A DNA stretch of 64,000 nucleotides from Trichosphaerium sp. ATCC 40318 (GCA_038496445.1 JALMLS010000593.1:62001-126000), one strand, 5' to 3'. Shown: positions 1-14,400, counted from the first letter of the stretch. Numbers and translations: made by a program. The notes: generated by a model from the letters alone, not told the origin.

Positions 1-756
1 ATTCTTATCGAAATTAGCATGTGTATTTTGAATAATCTGTGTTTGAGCGCTTCGTCCTGTAACAGTAACATTTGCTGCCTTTTCCAACTCTTCAACTTCT
101 CTCAGTTGTTTAGACTTTTTAAACGTTGGCTTGGGGATACTCTGTCCAGTGCCCATGCCAAGGTTCAACGAAGATGGTGCACTTGGACTTGGAATCTTAT
201 CCGTTGAAATACCTCGGTTCTGTGCAGCCTCAGCTAATTGAACCCTATTTTTTGAAAGTTTGAACAAAACTCATCTTTGAAGAGAAACATATTGTGCGGT
301 ATGACATACTTTATGTGACGTCTAGCGAACGCTTTCCTCTCTTTGGGTGACTGGAGTTTCCTGAGAGCTTCGTCATCACAAGAATAAACGTCCCTGCGAA
401 TAGCTGTTTTAAATTTGCTTGAAATGGAAACTTTACGCGAGGTGACATCTAAAATGTGTCAAGTGGCGAATATAATCATTTTTAATGTACCCTGTGAGCC
501 GAACTTCTTAGCAATTACCTCCATTTCTTCTTGCACGATTTTTAGAACTTGTTTCACCATTTTTTCCTTTGGTCTGTTCTTTTTAGCAACGAACTTCTTC
601 CCCTACGATTCATTAACGCCTACAGACAAGTATGGATATATCTCAATAAAAGGGGTTCTATATCGCTTCAATAGCAATGTACCTTGCCAAGAACAGTAGC
701 GCTGGTAGTGAAAGGCCGATTTACGCATAAAAATACTGAAGTACGTTTTACGCATT
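1..756 (-). CDS. Hypothetical protein, 5' part only (continues past window start); possible mitochondrial presequence
   Basis: ATG at 756 (MRKTYFSIFMRKSAFHYQRYCSWQ), GT-AG introns, open exons such as KKFVAKKNRPKEKMVKQVLKIVQEEME and VQLAEAAQNRGISTDKIPSPS. No family recognised. Confidence 0.6.
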
Positions 757-1573
757 GCTGCGAGCTGGACACGCGACGTAGCACCACAGGGCGCGTTTTT
801 TGCCTGTCACAGGTTATTTACGTACAGTAGGCACTAAAATGCTTCTAACCTTATGGTCCTCGTTTGATTACGTGTAACTAGTCTCATTACGCTTGTTAGA
901 GATGTCTACGCATACAGTTGTAGTTGTAAATTCAGCGCAATATTTCAAATTCAATAAGTGTCAAAGGCACTGATGGTGTCAAGCAAAAACGAAAATTGGC
1001 GCCTAAATGCGCTCAAAGATAGCTTTGGTGTACTCATGGGACTTGATAAACAGTGGTTGCACGTGTCAGTACAGCATACTTCCTACAACACCGCTCTACA
1101 ACTGTAACTAGTTCGTTCAAGTAGTAAAATACAAAACTCATATCCTCATCGCCGAATACGCTGTTTAAATTTACACGTAACGAACTCAGCTTAAAGATTT
1201 TCTGAGAAAGTACCCAGACTGGCACTTTGACGCGCATTCAGTGTGGATAGACCACAAACGCATAAAAATACTATTCTGTTACTAAACTTATTTTCCTCCA
1301 AAAACTCTTAAACTAAGCGCTAAAACATTCTCGGGTTTGCGTTAAACACGAATATTCGGTGTATTTAGCTTATTTTCATGGCAGTTGAAAATTCAGGCTA
1401 TTTTCATCCAGAGAGCTTCTTTCGCTATGTAATGCGTTTTGGAGGGATGAATATTGTACAGTGAAGGTATTTCGAAGTTTCGAGAAATTCGCAGAATTTT
1501 CGATATTTTCAGATACACAATTATTGTAGCAGGGCACAACACGTAACAAAGCAACTCTCTCCTCAACCAAACC

Positions 1574-4551
1574 ATGAGTCAACCTGCAGTTATCCGTATC
1601 AAGCCATACCACTACATTCATGTTTTGGACAACAACAAGTAAGTTTTACTGCACTTTGCAAAGAAGCTGCAAAAAAAATAGCCGATGCGTTCTTACGCTC
1701 CCCTAGGAACGTTACGTTCGTCGAGATCGGACCACAGACGTTCACTCGTCAAGATCACCAAAAAGTTATTTCTGGTCCATCTGCTATGGTAATGGTTCCA
1801 CCTAGACACTACTGCATCATTCAGAATCCAGTACAAAGGTACGAAAGCGCTAAAAGACCTGGCGGTTAACCACCAGTTCCAGAAAAAACTTTTAACTAAT
1901 TTTTTGTCAATAGAGCCGAAGATGGCACAACAATCGTTGATAAGCTTGGCCAAATTAAAATCTCCCATGGTGACGAAGAGATTCGCTTCGAGCAAGAGCC
2001 ATTTCCTCTTTACCCAGGTAAGTTTTCTAGATCGCTTTTTTTTTTCTGAAAGTTTTTCATCACTGATCGGCTCTCGTTAGGCGAAAAGCTCTACGGTAAA
2101 GTATCACCACTCCAGGTCGTTGCTCCAAACACCGCACTCAAATTGAGATGCACTAGAGATTACACAGACGGCGAAATCAATCGCGTTGCTGGTGACCAAG
2201 TACGTTTAATCCTTAAAACCGTTTTTGTTGCCTTTTGTCTAAAATTAACCTTAAAACCGAAAATCGCTCTAACGTTGTTTTTCTAGTGGTTGTTTGAAGG
2301 TCCTGGCACATACTTGCCTCGCGTAGAGGTCCAAGTAGTCGAAATCGTTCGCGCTAAGATTGTACTCCCAAATCAAGCCCTTCGCTTGAGAGCTTCAAAA
2401 GCTTTCGTCGACAGAGCCGGCACTAACAGAAAAGCTGGTGAAGAATGGTTAGTACGCGAATCTGGTGCTTTCCTCCCTGGCGTTGAGGAACAAGTCACAG
2501 CTACTATCTCCGCATACGTCCTCACAGAGAAGAAAGCTTTGCACTTGCAAGCCACAAGAACTTTCGTTGGTACGTAGTCCATTACAATCGGTTTTTCCTT
2601 CACTGAAACTTTTTATAAAAACTTTTGTTGTGGTTTAGTTTTTTTTGCTCACTAGTAATTGTCTAGACGTTTTCGGTAAAGAAAGAAAAGCCGGTGAAGA
2701 ATGGCTCGTTACCATCAAAGACGCCGAAACACACATCCCAGACGTATACGAGAAAGTCATTGGTGAAGTCAAAATTACAACACTCACCTCTCGTCAATAC
2801 TCTGTTATCGTTGACCCAATCGGCAAAGACGGTAAACCACAAATGGGTAAACGTATCCTCCAAAAGGGAGAAGTTTCCTTCTTCTTGCGTCCTGGTGAGA
2901 GACTCGAATCTGGCATCCAAAACGTACACGTTCTCGATTCAGAGGAAGCACTCTTGCTCCGTGCTCGTGAAGGTTTCACAGAGGGCGAAGACGCCAGAAA
3001 ACCTGGTGACAGATGGATGATCTACGGTCCTTGCGACTACGTTCCACCAACCCAAGTTGAGATCATGGAGAAGCGTAGAGCAATCCCACTCGACGAAAAT
3101 GAAGGTATCTACGTCCGTGATTTGAAGACCGGTCGCGTCAGAGCCGTCACTGGAACAGCGTACATGTTGTCTCCTTACGAAGAATTGTGGTCAAAAACAC
3201 TCCCAGACGTTGTTGAGACCCTCATCGCCAAAGAATTGTCCGCTGGCCCAGACAGATCATCCCGTGGTGGTTCCAAATCCGGTAGCGCCCGTGACAAGAC
3301 CCGTGTCGTCACATACCGTACACCACACAACGCTGCTGTACAAATCTACGATTACAAAGCCAAAAAGGTACGCTACAAAACAAATTCGCTGCAACTATTT
3401 TTTTTTCTACAAGTTCATCTCCTTACCTTTGCCCTTAGTCTCGCGTTGTCTTCGGTCCTGAACTCGTCATGCTTGGTCCTGATGAGCATTTCTCAGTCTT
3501 GTCTTTGTCTGGTGACAAGCCAAAGCGCCCACATGTCATCAAAGCCCTCCACTTGTTGTTGGGTCCTGACTTTATGACCGATATCGTCATTGTCGAAACC
3601 AGCGATCACGCTCGTTTGTCTTTGAAACTCTCATACAACTGGCACTTTGAGGTAGATCGTGAGGATCCTGCAGACTCTACCAAGATCTTCTCCGTACCAG
3701 ATTTCGTTGGTGATGCCTGCAAAGCCATCGCTTCACGTGTCCGTGGATGTGTCGCTTCCGTTACCTTCGACGACTTCCACAAGAACTCCGCCTTGATCAT
3801 CCGCGAAGCCGTATTCGGCAAGGACGCATCTGGTGTCAAGAACAGATTCTCCTTCAGCTCCAACAACTTGTTCATCACCAACATCGATATCCAATCCGTC
3901 GAGCCAGTCGATCAAAGAACCCGTGACGCTCTTCAAAAATCCGTCCAATTGGCCATCGAGATCACAACCAAGTCCCAAGAAGCCGCTGCCAGACACGAAG
4001 CAGAGCGCCGTGAACAAGAAGCCCGTGGTCGTCTCGAACGTCAAAAGATTAACGATGAAGCTGAAGCCGAAAAAGCCAGAACCTCACTCATCGAACTCCA
4101 AGCCAAGAGCGCTGTCGTAGAAGCCTCTGGTCAAGCTACAGCCGAGGCTCGCGCTCGCGCTGCTGCCGCTCAAATTGAAGGTGAAGCCGCTGTCAAACAA
4201 GCTGAACTTCAATCCCAAGCTAACAGCATCCGTGCTGAAGCTGAATTGGCCCAATCTACCAGCAAACAAGAAGCCGAGATTGCTCACCAAAAGGCTCTCA
4301 ACGAATTGGAGATCCAAAAAGCACGTGACTTGGCAGGTATTGAAGGTGGTAAATTCAAGGGTGTTGTTGACGCCATTGGCGCCGATACAATCAAGGCCAT
4401 CGCCCAAGCCGGACCAGAAATGCAAGTAAAACTCTTGCAATCATTGGGCTTGAAGGGTTACATGATCACATCCGGTGACAACCCAATCAACTTGTTCCAA
4501 CAAGCTGGTGGTTTCCTTGGTGCCGCTACAGGTCAATCTTCAGATGAGTGA
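1574..4551 (+). CDS. MVP: Major vault protein
   Basis: [21 protein letters not shown] start, vault repeats ([19 protein letters not shown]), shoulder domain ([19 protein letters not shown]), cap helix ([25 protein letters not shown]); 6 GT-AG introns. Confidence 0.98.
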
Positions 4552-4805
4552 ATCAAAACATAAAAAATAATGGACTTGTATTTTAAAAAGTGGTAAATAA
4601 AATTAATCTTCCCACACCTTTAATGTTATGTTTATTTGCCGTGTTCGTAAAAAACTTTTTTGCTTCTTCTTTCGCTGTAGTTGCTTTTTACCCTGAGATT
4701 GAACGCAGAAAATTCGTTCATTGTTGTTGTCAGAAACGTTCAAGCAAATCACAAAAAAAAACTAGTTGAGTTTATTACAAAATCATACAATACTTGACGG
4801 TTAAA

Positions 4806-7800
4806 CTATTTTGCTTCCTTTTTTACAGCCTTTTTCTTGGTGGACTTTTTCCTTGGTTTCTTCTGTTTACGTATGATGTTGAATAACCTCTCAAGAACAT
4901 TATAAAGCTCTTGGTTAATTTCAATATCATCAGCATCAGGGAGCTCATCTCTGCACATAGGACAACAAGCTTTCTCCTTCTTTGGTGCGTTCTTGATGAC
5001 ATGATTGATGCAAACCTTACACATACGCTTTCCATGACCGCCTAAAGAAACATGAGTTCAGGTCCGAAAAAATAAAGAATATTCCGACCACACGCTTCAA
5101 AGTGTATCAAAAACCCCGATAATTCTCCATCGTTGTTACAAATTTATTGCATTGCGTCGTTGCTTAACTTTGAATGTAGAGGATACAACAACGCCAGAAA
5201 AAAAATATCCAAAAAAACAAAAATCTAAACGAAAAACCCAAAAGAAAACTTTTGTTTCTTTTTGCGTACACTTCAAGTTGACAGGTTCGAAAACCAACTT
5301 CTGACAGATAGCACAACAGAATTCATCATAAGCAGCCCATAAAAACTCGAAACGATTTTCCCAGTTGAGCGTGTACTTATCAATGAGTTGATCCCAAACA
5401 TCTTTATTGCTAGTATCAGAAGAAATGATTCTTGCATCTTCAACGATAGCATCACCATATATTTGGTTGCAATCGATATTCAATGCATCTACTTTATCGC
5501 TATTAACCTCAACTACATCTTCCATATCCTCATCATCATTTAGATCAATCTCAATGGACTACAAAGAAGAAAACGGTCAAAATGTGACAACTTAATAAAA
5601 AAACCTTGGTACCTGATCAGAATCTTCTTGCTTTTCTATCTTTCTCCTCTTCTTTGGACGCTCATCTTCATCGCTTGATCTACGCCTCTTTTTTTTGCTA
5701 GATCCTTTACTAAACTCCTTATTCAAAGCTTTAAGGTAGCTATCAGTTTGACTGACTGGAATCAACTCCTCACTTTAAATAAAAACAGTAAGCAAAAAGA
5801 AGAAAAAAAAAGTTGGTTAAGATTTTTTTTAGAGACACGCACTTTTCCGGAGCCTTTACCCCTGTTGGTAGAATAACACGGTCGAGACAGTACTTTCTAA
5901 TATAAGCCTTTCCTTGTGGAGTCCAAGGAGCTGGTTCAGGATCATCACGTCTATTCAGAGGATTTAGATTCGTTCACGAATGTTGTGAAAAAAAAAAAAA
6001 CCAAAGGGGTCTTACCTTAACAAAAACTTGTAAACAAAATGTCCTGCCTTGCCTGGTTCCTTCCAAAAATTTACTACCTTGTATACACCGTCATATCTGA
6101 ACATTAGTGAACTTTTATGAGGAACAATACTAGGGTATGCTAAAAAGAAACGAATAAGAATCGAGATAATGAAAAACAAAAAAAAAAAACTTAAAACAAA
6201 AACCCTAAGAAAACTTAATCACGTGCATTCAAGTGGATCATATTTATGTCTTTTTTTGGATTTGTTTGTAGGCTTGAAACCACGTACAACACGAAGCTAA
6301 ATAAAAAAAAATGTGAGGAAAAAAAAACAAGAAAGAAACACCTCAACACAAATAAAACAAGCAAAAAATCGTACAGGTATTCCTTCTCTCCAACGTGATG
6401 CACATTGATTGCAAATATTCTTTTCACCCCAAACACAATCCTCATTTGGACAATCCTCTAGTTTAGCACAGTTCATTGCTATAGCCCTGTTGCCACGTGT
6501 CAACTAAGGAAAAAAAATTAAACAGTAAAGTAAAAAAAAAAACAGAAAAGAAAACAAAGGCGTACTGTTTGAGCCTTTGATTGACCAGCACAACGTTTAT
6601 TACCAGATAAATCACGTCCTCCTCCTCCCGTGTAAATAAGCTCCTCTCCAGTATCAGCATCATCTTCATATCCAGCAGACGAGACAATACTGGTAGCGTA
6701 AGCTAAGCGGTGAATCAATATCAAATCTTTAACTGACTCAAGAATTCTACTTACCCGCCGAACGACCTGAAATACCGCCTACGGGTGGTCTATGAACGCC
6801 TGAAGCACAAACACATGTTCGATAGCGAAAGTGAGAACCCACTAGAACGCCAGGGATGGAACCAATGTGGTACTGATCTACAATTAAGCACTTCTTCTTC
6901 CTATACACTTGTGAACTTCAGAAAAAAAAGAACAAAGTTTTGCTGGTTGCAATTGAATTCAATTGGTGTCTTGAGTACGTACACGCCAGCATTCGATTGC
7001 CCAGCGCCAATATGCGTCTTTCCTTTAGCAGCAGCTTTTTGGGCTAGAGAGTCCTTCTTGGCATTTTTAGAGACTGACTGGTTTTTCTTTGAGTGTAACT
7101 CAGAGTTGTAGCAGATAGGGCAAAACCAATCATCACTTGCTGTACAGAAGCTGTTAGTATCAACCAAAGGAGCAATTGATACGTGTAATTAAAGAGATGG
7201 CCAGAAATGAAGGTAATAAAGAGGGCCAAGAAGAGAAAAACGTACTTTTTAGCATTTCGTAAAATTCTTCAAGAAGAATCTTTTTTGGCTTGTCTACGCA
7301 ATAAAAATGCCATGATTGTCCGCAATCATTACATTGTAACTTCTTTAGAGTGTTATCTGACTAAGAAAAAAGGTAAGAAAAAAATAGGATTAAAGCCAAG
7401 TCAAGGCAATCAATATCTCACCTTGTTACATTTTGCACATGATGACAACTTTTTGTTATTAACAATACAAAAACTCCAGAAACCGCCATCCATGATAGTT
7501 CTGAAAAGTGATGTCTTTAATTTGAATACAAGGTATCCGTTTTCTTTCTTTACTTCTGAGTAATGAACAATATCATACGCAGGAGATCTAGATAACATAA
7601 GATAAGGTAAAAAAAAAATCGAAAATTATTTTTGGTCAAAAATTCTCGAAAGATTCCGGCTCTTGGCCGTCATTGTACATACCCAAAATAATTTGTTTGG
7701 AAATTGACGATACCAATATCATCCATATCTACTTCACCTCCCTTGTTTGAAGGTAAAGGAAATCTAATAAACACTGCTTTTTTCTTATCTTTCCTTTTAT

Positions 7801-8532
7801 GTTTTAATTCTGGCAACTGTAAAAAAAAAAAGATGTCAGCGAATGACAAAACACAAATCCTGACTATCCAACATACTGCTTTAAGAGCCCACCAACCTTT
7901 GTATATCTTTGAAATAAACGCAGGCAAGTCCTCAGACTTTGAGAAGGAATTCTCATTACCAACGTCTTTCCTGCAAGCATTCAAATGAGTACTACAAGAT
8001 TTCCTTGCGTTTTGAAAAAAATACTGGTTTTTTTCTTGCTTCAAACTTACTTGCACGTGTAAACGTAATCTGAGCTTGGAGATACATTAATACCTTTGAT
8101 CTTTGGGATAGGTTTCGCAGGTTTTACATTTCGTGGGGCTTTTATATCTTCCATTTTCACATCAATGTCTTTACTCTCCTCGGATGCTGTTTCTTCTGGG
8201 TCACTGTTATATTGACGTTAATGTCTCGCAATGTTAACGTTAATGTACCTGACAACTTTTTTCTTCTTCTCTATAACCTGTATCACGCAACCCGTCTTCA
8301 TTCCACATTGATAGGCCGTACACTCATCTTTGCACGCTTTACCGCCAAAAAGAACACTGGACAATAAGTTTAGCGTTTTAGTTTTAGACGCGATAAATAG
8401 TTACCGTAGACCTGTATCAGGCGATAAATTGAAGCTGTCGCGTATTCGCTCTTTGAGCTTTTGTATTTTTTCTAACTTGGATATATCAAAGCTTTTATTC
8501 ACTCCGCTCTTTCGAACGGTAATTTGCACCAT
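4806..8532 (-). CDS. UHRF1: UHRF1-like E3 ligase (UBL, degenerate tandem Tudor, PHD, SRA, RING)
   Basis: N-terminal ubiquitin-like [16 protein letters not shown]; PHD (CAKC..CNDC..HFYC..WFCPIC); SRA ([55 protein letters not shown]); C3HC4 RING (CAIC..CGH..CKVC..CPMCR). Confidence 0.92.
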
Positions 8533-8791
8533 TATTGCGATGCTTTGTTTAAACCGCTATTTAAGTAAGGAAATAAAGCCTGTAAATAAGTCCTACATAC
8601 AATCAAACTATAGTACACGATGAAATACGGCCCACAACACACTCTATATTGCTTGTAAGATTTAACTTGGTAGTCACGTGCTAAATGTTTTTTTACAGTG
8701 TAAAAGTACGTGCAGAGTGTTGCTGTAACATGGTACGACATATTTTGAAGGTTAAGGCCCGATCGGGCTGTTCAAAAAATTATTTTACGCA
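8533..8791. promoter_or_regulatory. Short bidirectional promoter between UHRF1-like and TRAPPC5
   Basis: 259 bp between divergent ATGs; CACGTG near 8675 and perfect palindrome GCCCGATCGGGC at 8757-8768. Confidence 0.5.
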
Positions 8792-9643
8792 ATGGAACGC
8801 AGAAGAGGCACCAAAAATATTGTTGATAGGCCCTTGACTCGCACAAAGCAAGAGGTATGCAAAGAACGTATTATTAAGCTTATTTTTTAAGGTTTGCTTG
8901 AGTTCGTTTGCATTGTTGTTTTTAGAGTACATACAGTATTCACAGCGACGAGTGAACAATATAAAGGACTTAGAGCGAAGGTAACATACCAATTTTACAA
9001 CGACTTACATAAATACCTTGTAGGCTCGCTGACATCGGTTATACTGTTGGGTTACGCATGGTAGAGTTTATAAGTTGGAAAGATAGAGCGTCTAAACGAG
9101 AGATTGAGTTAAAGCGAATTCTATACTGGATTTCCAACACAGTAAGCGTATTATATAGATAACAGAACGTTATAACTTTACGTAGGTATGGAAAGCTCTA
9201 TTTGGTCGCGCAGCAGCCCCTAGGCGTAGCACAGAGAAGGCCTCTCAATGTAGGTCGTTTATAAAGTAAATTTAAACTGATGACACTTCAGACATGATCA
9301 CAGAAGATGAACCTCTAATAACGAAGTATATTTCAGTACCAAAGGATATGTCAGGTACGAAACAATTGGATCGGGGGACTCATTAGGCATTTCGTTAGTT
9401 TGACACTCATTGTATAGGCTTAAATTGCGCAGCGTTCGCAGGTGGTATTGTAGAAGGTATTTTAGATGCTGCTGATTTTGTACGTGCAATTGCACGTTAA
9501 ATACACGTTAAATTTCTTTATAGGAGTCTAAAGTATCCACACATTCTATTAAAATAGAAGGACAACGATTCCCAAGAACTGTCATTTTGATAGACTTTAG
9601 TGATAAAGTATTTGCACGTGAAGGAAAACTTAACGTAAACTGA
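8792..9643 (+). CDS. TRAPPC5: TRAPP complex subunit 5 (Trs31)
   Basis: Spliced NIVDRPL..SSFALLFLEYIQY..LADIGYTVGLR..VWKALFG..ITKYISVPKDM..LNCAAFAGGIVEGILD; 6 introns. Confidence 0.95.
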
Positions 9644-9813
9644 TTGTAAATATCAGTTATTCACTTCCTTTGATGTTCATTGTAATATACAATTACAAAC
9701 ATAAACTAAGATGTAATCCTTTATTACCTCACATTATACAGTGGTTATTTTTTTTGCTTTGTAATTAACTGAACATGTGAAACTTTTAAACTATTTGGAA
9801 CCCACGTGTTCTA

Positions 9814-11183
9814 TTATGTTACGTTGAGTGGTTCAACTTCTATGAGCCCTTTTTTAACAGCGCTTGTGTAGTGGTAAGGCATGATAGGTAAAATATATGT
9901 AAGACCGACTTTAAGTGGTGACTGTCCAATATGTGCAACACGAAGCTAATTGTTTGAGATTAATTAGTACAAAATAATACAGTACCATTGCTAAACCAAC
10001 ATTCCCTTCTGTGCTCATAATCTTGCCAACACGCTTGCCATCAGCATTCCTAATATCTCCTTCTGTAGGCATAGGAATATCAGCAGACTTGATTAATTTA
10101 TCGTAGATTGGTTGAGGCATCAAGGATTTACCATCATGCTCTATGTAAGTGTTAGTACTTTGATTGTTCCACTATAGCTATCTCACCTGGAGGCACTTCG
10201 CTTGCTTCAGCTTGGGTTTCTACAGTTATAACTGGGAATAATCGCTTGCGTACTACTCCTTGGTGGTACACTCTAGATACTGGTTCCTGTCCAACATAGC
10301 ATCCTTTGTTGTAATCAATACCGTGCAAAATGTCTATATTCGACTCTTGAGGGATCGCTGTATCGTAAGGCAAGTCTTTCGATCCTTCAGGTATACCGTG
10401 GAGTAAGCGAAGGTACGTATACAACAAACCTTCTTTATCTTCAATAAGATAGTCCTTTTTCATGTGCACTAGCGAGTGGTGAGTCTCAAAAGCCTTTAGA
10501 TTTTTCCTATTCATTACCTCCTTTGTCAAAAGGTACAACCAGCCTGAGGCCATGAGATTGCCACCTAAGGTCGTACCTCCAATACCATTAATTGCAAAAC
10601 TGATAATGTCATGTGTTACCATAGATTGCCATCCATCTCTGTGCCTGTGTTAAGAAATTGACGTATAAAAGCGTCTCTTGTGTCTGCATTTTGAGTAATG
10701 ACACCCCATGTTGTGTAAGCGTCATCAGCAGCTGTCTCCCAGTATACTTTTTGACGCATTTTGTATTTATCCAAGTGCATTAGTACATCGTGGTGGGCAC
10801 TTTTCTCCGTTTCCAAAAACCAACTTTTAGCTGTCATTCTATGCGTATGTTATTACACTGACACTCGTTTGTTACGTACCTTGTGTACAACATGGCGTCA
10901 TAAAGTATTCTCCCCTTTGGCGAAAGAAAACAAGAATACAACCCATTCTATAGATATAAGAGGTACGATAGCACGCACAACGCGTACCGGTTGTAGTTTT
11001 GGTGTATCATCAATTTTATTTGTGACCAGGCCATTCAAAAACTTTCCTTACGATTGTGAGAACTCCTAACCAACTGTGCTATAATATACCGCTCTCTGAA
11101 CCAAAAATATTTATGACGCCACGATTTGGTACTTTAGCTGCAACGCCCCGGCTCTTATGGAGCGCCTCGAGTAGCCCTCGCAT
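9814..11183 (-). CDS. IBA57: Mitochondrial Fe-S assembly factor IBA57/YgfZ
   Basis: Signature KGCYVGQE, plus HLDKYKMRQKV, LRLLHGIPEG, GVVRKRLFPV. Confidence 0.93.
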
Positions 11184-11420
11184 TGTATTGTTGGTTGATT
11201 TCACGCTTTAATGTTGTGACTGCTGTTGAACGTAAAAGAGAATCTGGTGACAATAAGCCATTTGCTTTCATTGACGCTCTCTAATACTTGTAGGGTATTC
11301 AAATTCAACAAGCATGAAAAGCTAAAAAAAATCGGTAGGTTTTGAACTCTGCTGAACGTTGTTGGGAATAAAAAGAATAAAAACGACCAAACACGATATT
11401 TTTAGCGCGGCTTGCACGCA

Positions 11421-14400
11421 ATGGAAACGTCTAAGGTTCGTTGGCGTTTAATTTGGCATTTCAACGATCAAAAAACTTTCGTGGGCTATTTCAAAAGGGC
11501 CTCTTACCGTCTCTACACAGTCTAAAAACACCTAAATGCACTTAATCTTCAAAACTGCTCTTTCTAGGATCGAATCAACGCAAAAAACGCGTCTTCAGCC
11601 TCAGTTGCATGAATCGCGTTCGTTTGCTGGTGTTTGCTGCAGATCTACACAAAAACAACTTTACTAGCTCAACTCGTAGCAAAAACACTCACATTCGCCT
11701 AGTATGCTATTGGTTGGTTCAATGATGAGATAAAAAAACTGGACGCAAATTACACACTTGACAACCTGGATGGCTTCAGAGATGGAACAGCACTATTCAA
11801 GATACTCGATGACGTATGCAATAGTATAACTACGAATACAACACGTGGCGATACTACTTTTGTTGAACTTTTGCATTGACGCGTTTATATAGGTTTGTAG
11901 CAAGTTGGATAGCGAACACGAGAGTCCATCCAATCTACAACGTGCTCAAGACAAAGAAAATTCAAAGTTCACGAAAACTTTAAACTTAAAAGCCGTTCTT
12001 GAGTTGTGTGACAAACTTTCCATCTCTTGCTCTGTAACACCAGAAGGTAAGATTATATATAATCATGAAGAACCTAAACGTAACGTTTCGTAGAAATTCT
12101 GAGCGGGGAACATGATGACAAGCTAGAAACTTTTCTTGAAACCATTATTCAGAGACTACTTCCTACCACAAAAGGTACACACATTATTAGATCCGGATGA
12201 AGTTGACATATCATATAGATTTAACTGAATGGGCACAAGAGTCTGTGCGTAGGTATTCGCCATCGGCTTCTGTTGAGTGTTTGGAACCAAAGTACGTAGA
12301 CTGTTTAGTTTATTGCAATCAAGTTGAACGCTAAGAGTAAATTCAGAGAATTCAAAGACGGTAAATTGTTGGCTGTATTAGCAAATGCAGTGACTCCAAA
12401 AAGTGATCGTAAATCTATTGGTGAAGTATCTGATATGGAACCACTAAAGCGTATCGAATACGCGCTCACTACAGTATGCTTGCCAGCGTACATATGCGCC
12501 AAGGATATCTCTGAACCAGATGAAGCTGGTCTAGAAACATTTCATATGTCCATAATTGTGTCGTATTACTACGCCAAGCGCAATGCAGTCAAAGAACAAA
12601 AAGCTGACGCTAATGGCACAGCTGAGAATGGTAACGCTAAAGCAGATGATGCATTACCAGAAGAAAAGGTTGTCAAGGGTGATGTAGGACAAAAGGAAGG
12701 CGAAGCTAAAGCTCAATTAGAGGTACTCAACGTTTAATTTTACTTGTTTTCTAAAATGTCACTATAGCAAGAATGGGAAGATGAGAAGGCAAAAAAGAAC
12801 CTTGAAGGAGCAACAAAATCGTTACAAGAGCAAGTTAAAAAAGAAGAAAAAATCCAAGAAGAACTTGAGGCTAAAGATGCTCAAGAAAAAGCGAAATTGG
12901 CTCATGACGAACAAGCTGCCTTAGAAAAAATTGCTGAAATGCAAAAGAAGAGAGATGAATTGAAGGCACAAACTGCAGCGCTTCAAACAGAATTTGATGA
13001 TTTGACAAAAACAGTTAATGAGAAAAAGGAAGCAAATGAAGTACGTCATAAAAACAAAAAAAAAAAAGAACAAAGATATTAATAGATGTTTTTAGAAACT
13101 TCGATCACAACTTGAAGATGCAAGAAAAGAGAAAGAAACAGCTGTTTCCGAGCTACAGAAAACACTTGATGGTCTCAAGACTGAGGTTACCAAATTGGAA
13201 TCAGATCATGGTGAGCTTACCGGTCACGTTGATGGGTTGCGTAATGAGAAGGTAATTGTTTTTTAAATGGTGTTGTAGCTCACCAGGTTCTTGTTTATAG
13301 GAGACTGCTGCTTCAAAAGCTGTTCAAGACCAAATTGATGCGCTAGCAGCCGAAAAAGAGTCTACTACAGGATCTCTAGCGAAAGAAATAGAAACTATGA
13401 AAGCTGAACTTCAAAAAAAGAAAGATGAAGTAGCAGAACTTGAAGGTCACAAGACAAGTAAGTCGTCACGCAACACATCAAATGCTATTTGCTTATTTCC
13501 TTTTTAGAACTCTCTGATGAGCTGAAAAGCGCTGTAAGTATGGAACACGCAACCGAGGAGGAGCGTGCTAAACTACAAAAAGAAGCTGCAGATCATCAAT
13601 CTGAGCTTGATAAGCTTGAAGAAGAGAAGCAACTATTAGCTCAGCAGTTGACAGATGTTAGAGAATCTCAGTCTAAGCTAACCATTGAAAAGAATGAAAT
13701 TAGCGTACGTGTCAATTTAGAGTACTGGCGTATTAAACTGGGTGTTAACTTTCTTTTATAGCGTCAAATTGAAGACATCAAAGGTCGTACACCTGATGTA
13801 GAAGCAGAAAAACAAAAATTCGAAAAACAAAAAGCGGATTTGCGTGCACTGCTTATTAAAGGCAAGAAAAAGCTTTCACATCAGCAACACGAGTTCGAAC
13901 GACTACAAGCTCTTGTTGACGGTATGTAATTTGAAGATACTGTGCTGTTACTAACCATGATTTCTTTAAGATTTTGGTGTTCAGATCGATACTGCTAAAC
14001 GCAGTAAGGAAGAACTCTCTGAGAATTACAAGACAGAATATGCTCGTTATCAGGCTGTATGAATAACATATATATCTATTCAAACATAGTTGACAATATT
14101 TTAGATGTCAAAGAAGGAGCTCAAAGCTTATAATGAGCTAAAGGCTCAAAACAGTGTTTTAAGTGGTAAACAAAAAGCACAACAAGATAAGATTGAAGCC
14201 AAGTCTTATGAGGTTGATGACCTTCAAAAAGAGTTAGTCCGTGCTAAGGTAAGGTTAACCAATGTCTGATTGATACTAATATTGTTTAGCAAGATCGTGA
14301 CAATGCTATAGCAAACTGGAAAGCGCGTATCAACAAGGAGAATAAGAATTATAATGAAATACAAAGAGCAAACAAAACTTATACTACAACAATTAATGCC

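Noticed and set aside
757-1573. Vault RNA or small gene upstream of MVP
   Set aside because: No convincing Pol III A/B boxes or terminal stem; best read as a divergent promoter.
2373-4440. Long antisense and alternate-frame ORFs over MVP
   Set aside because: Shadow ORFs expected from biased codon usage; no recognisable domains.
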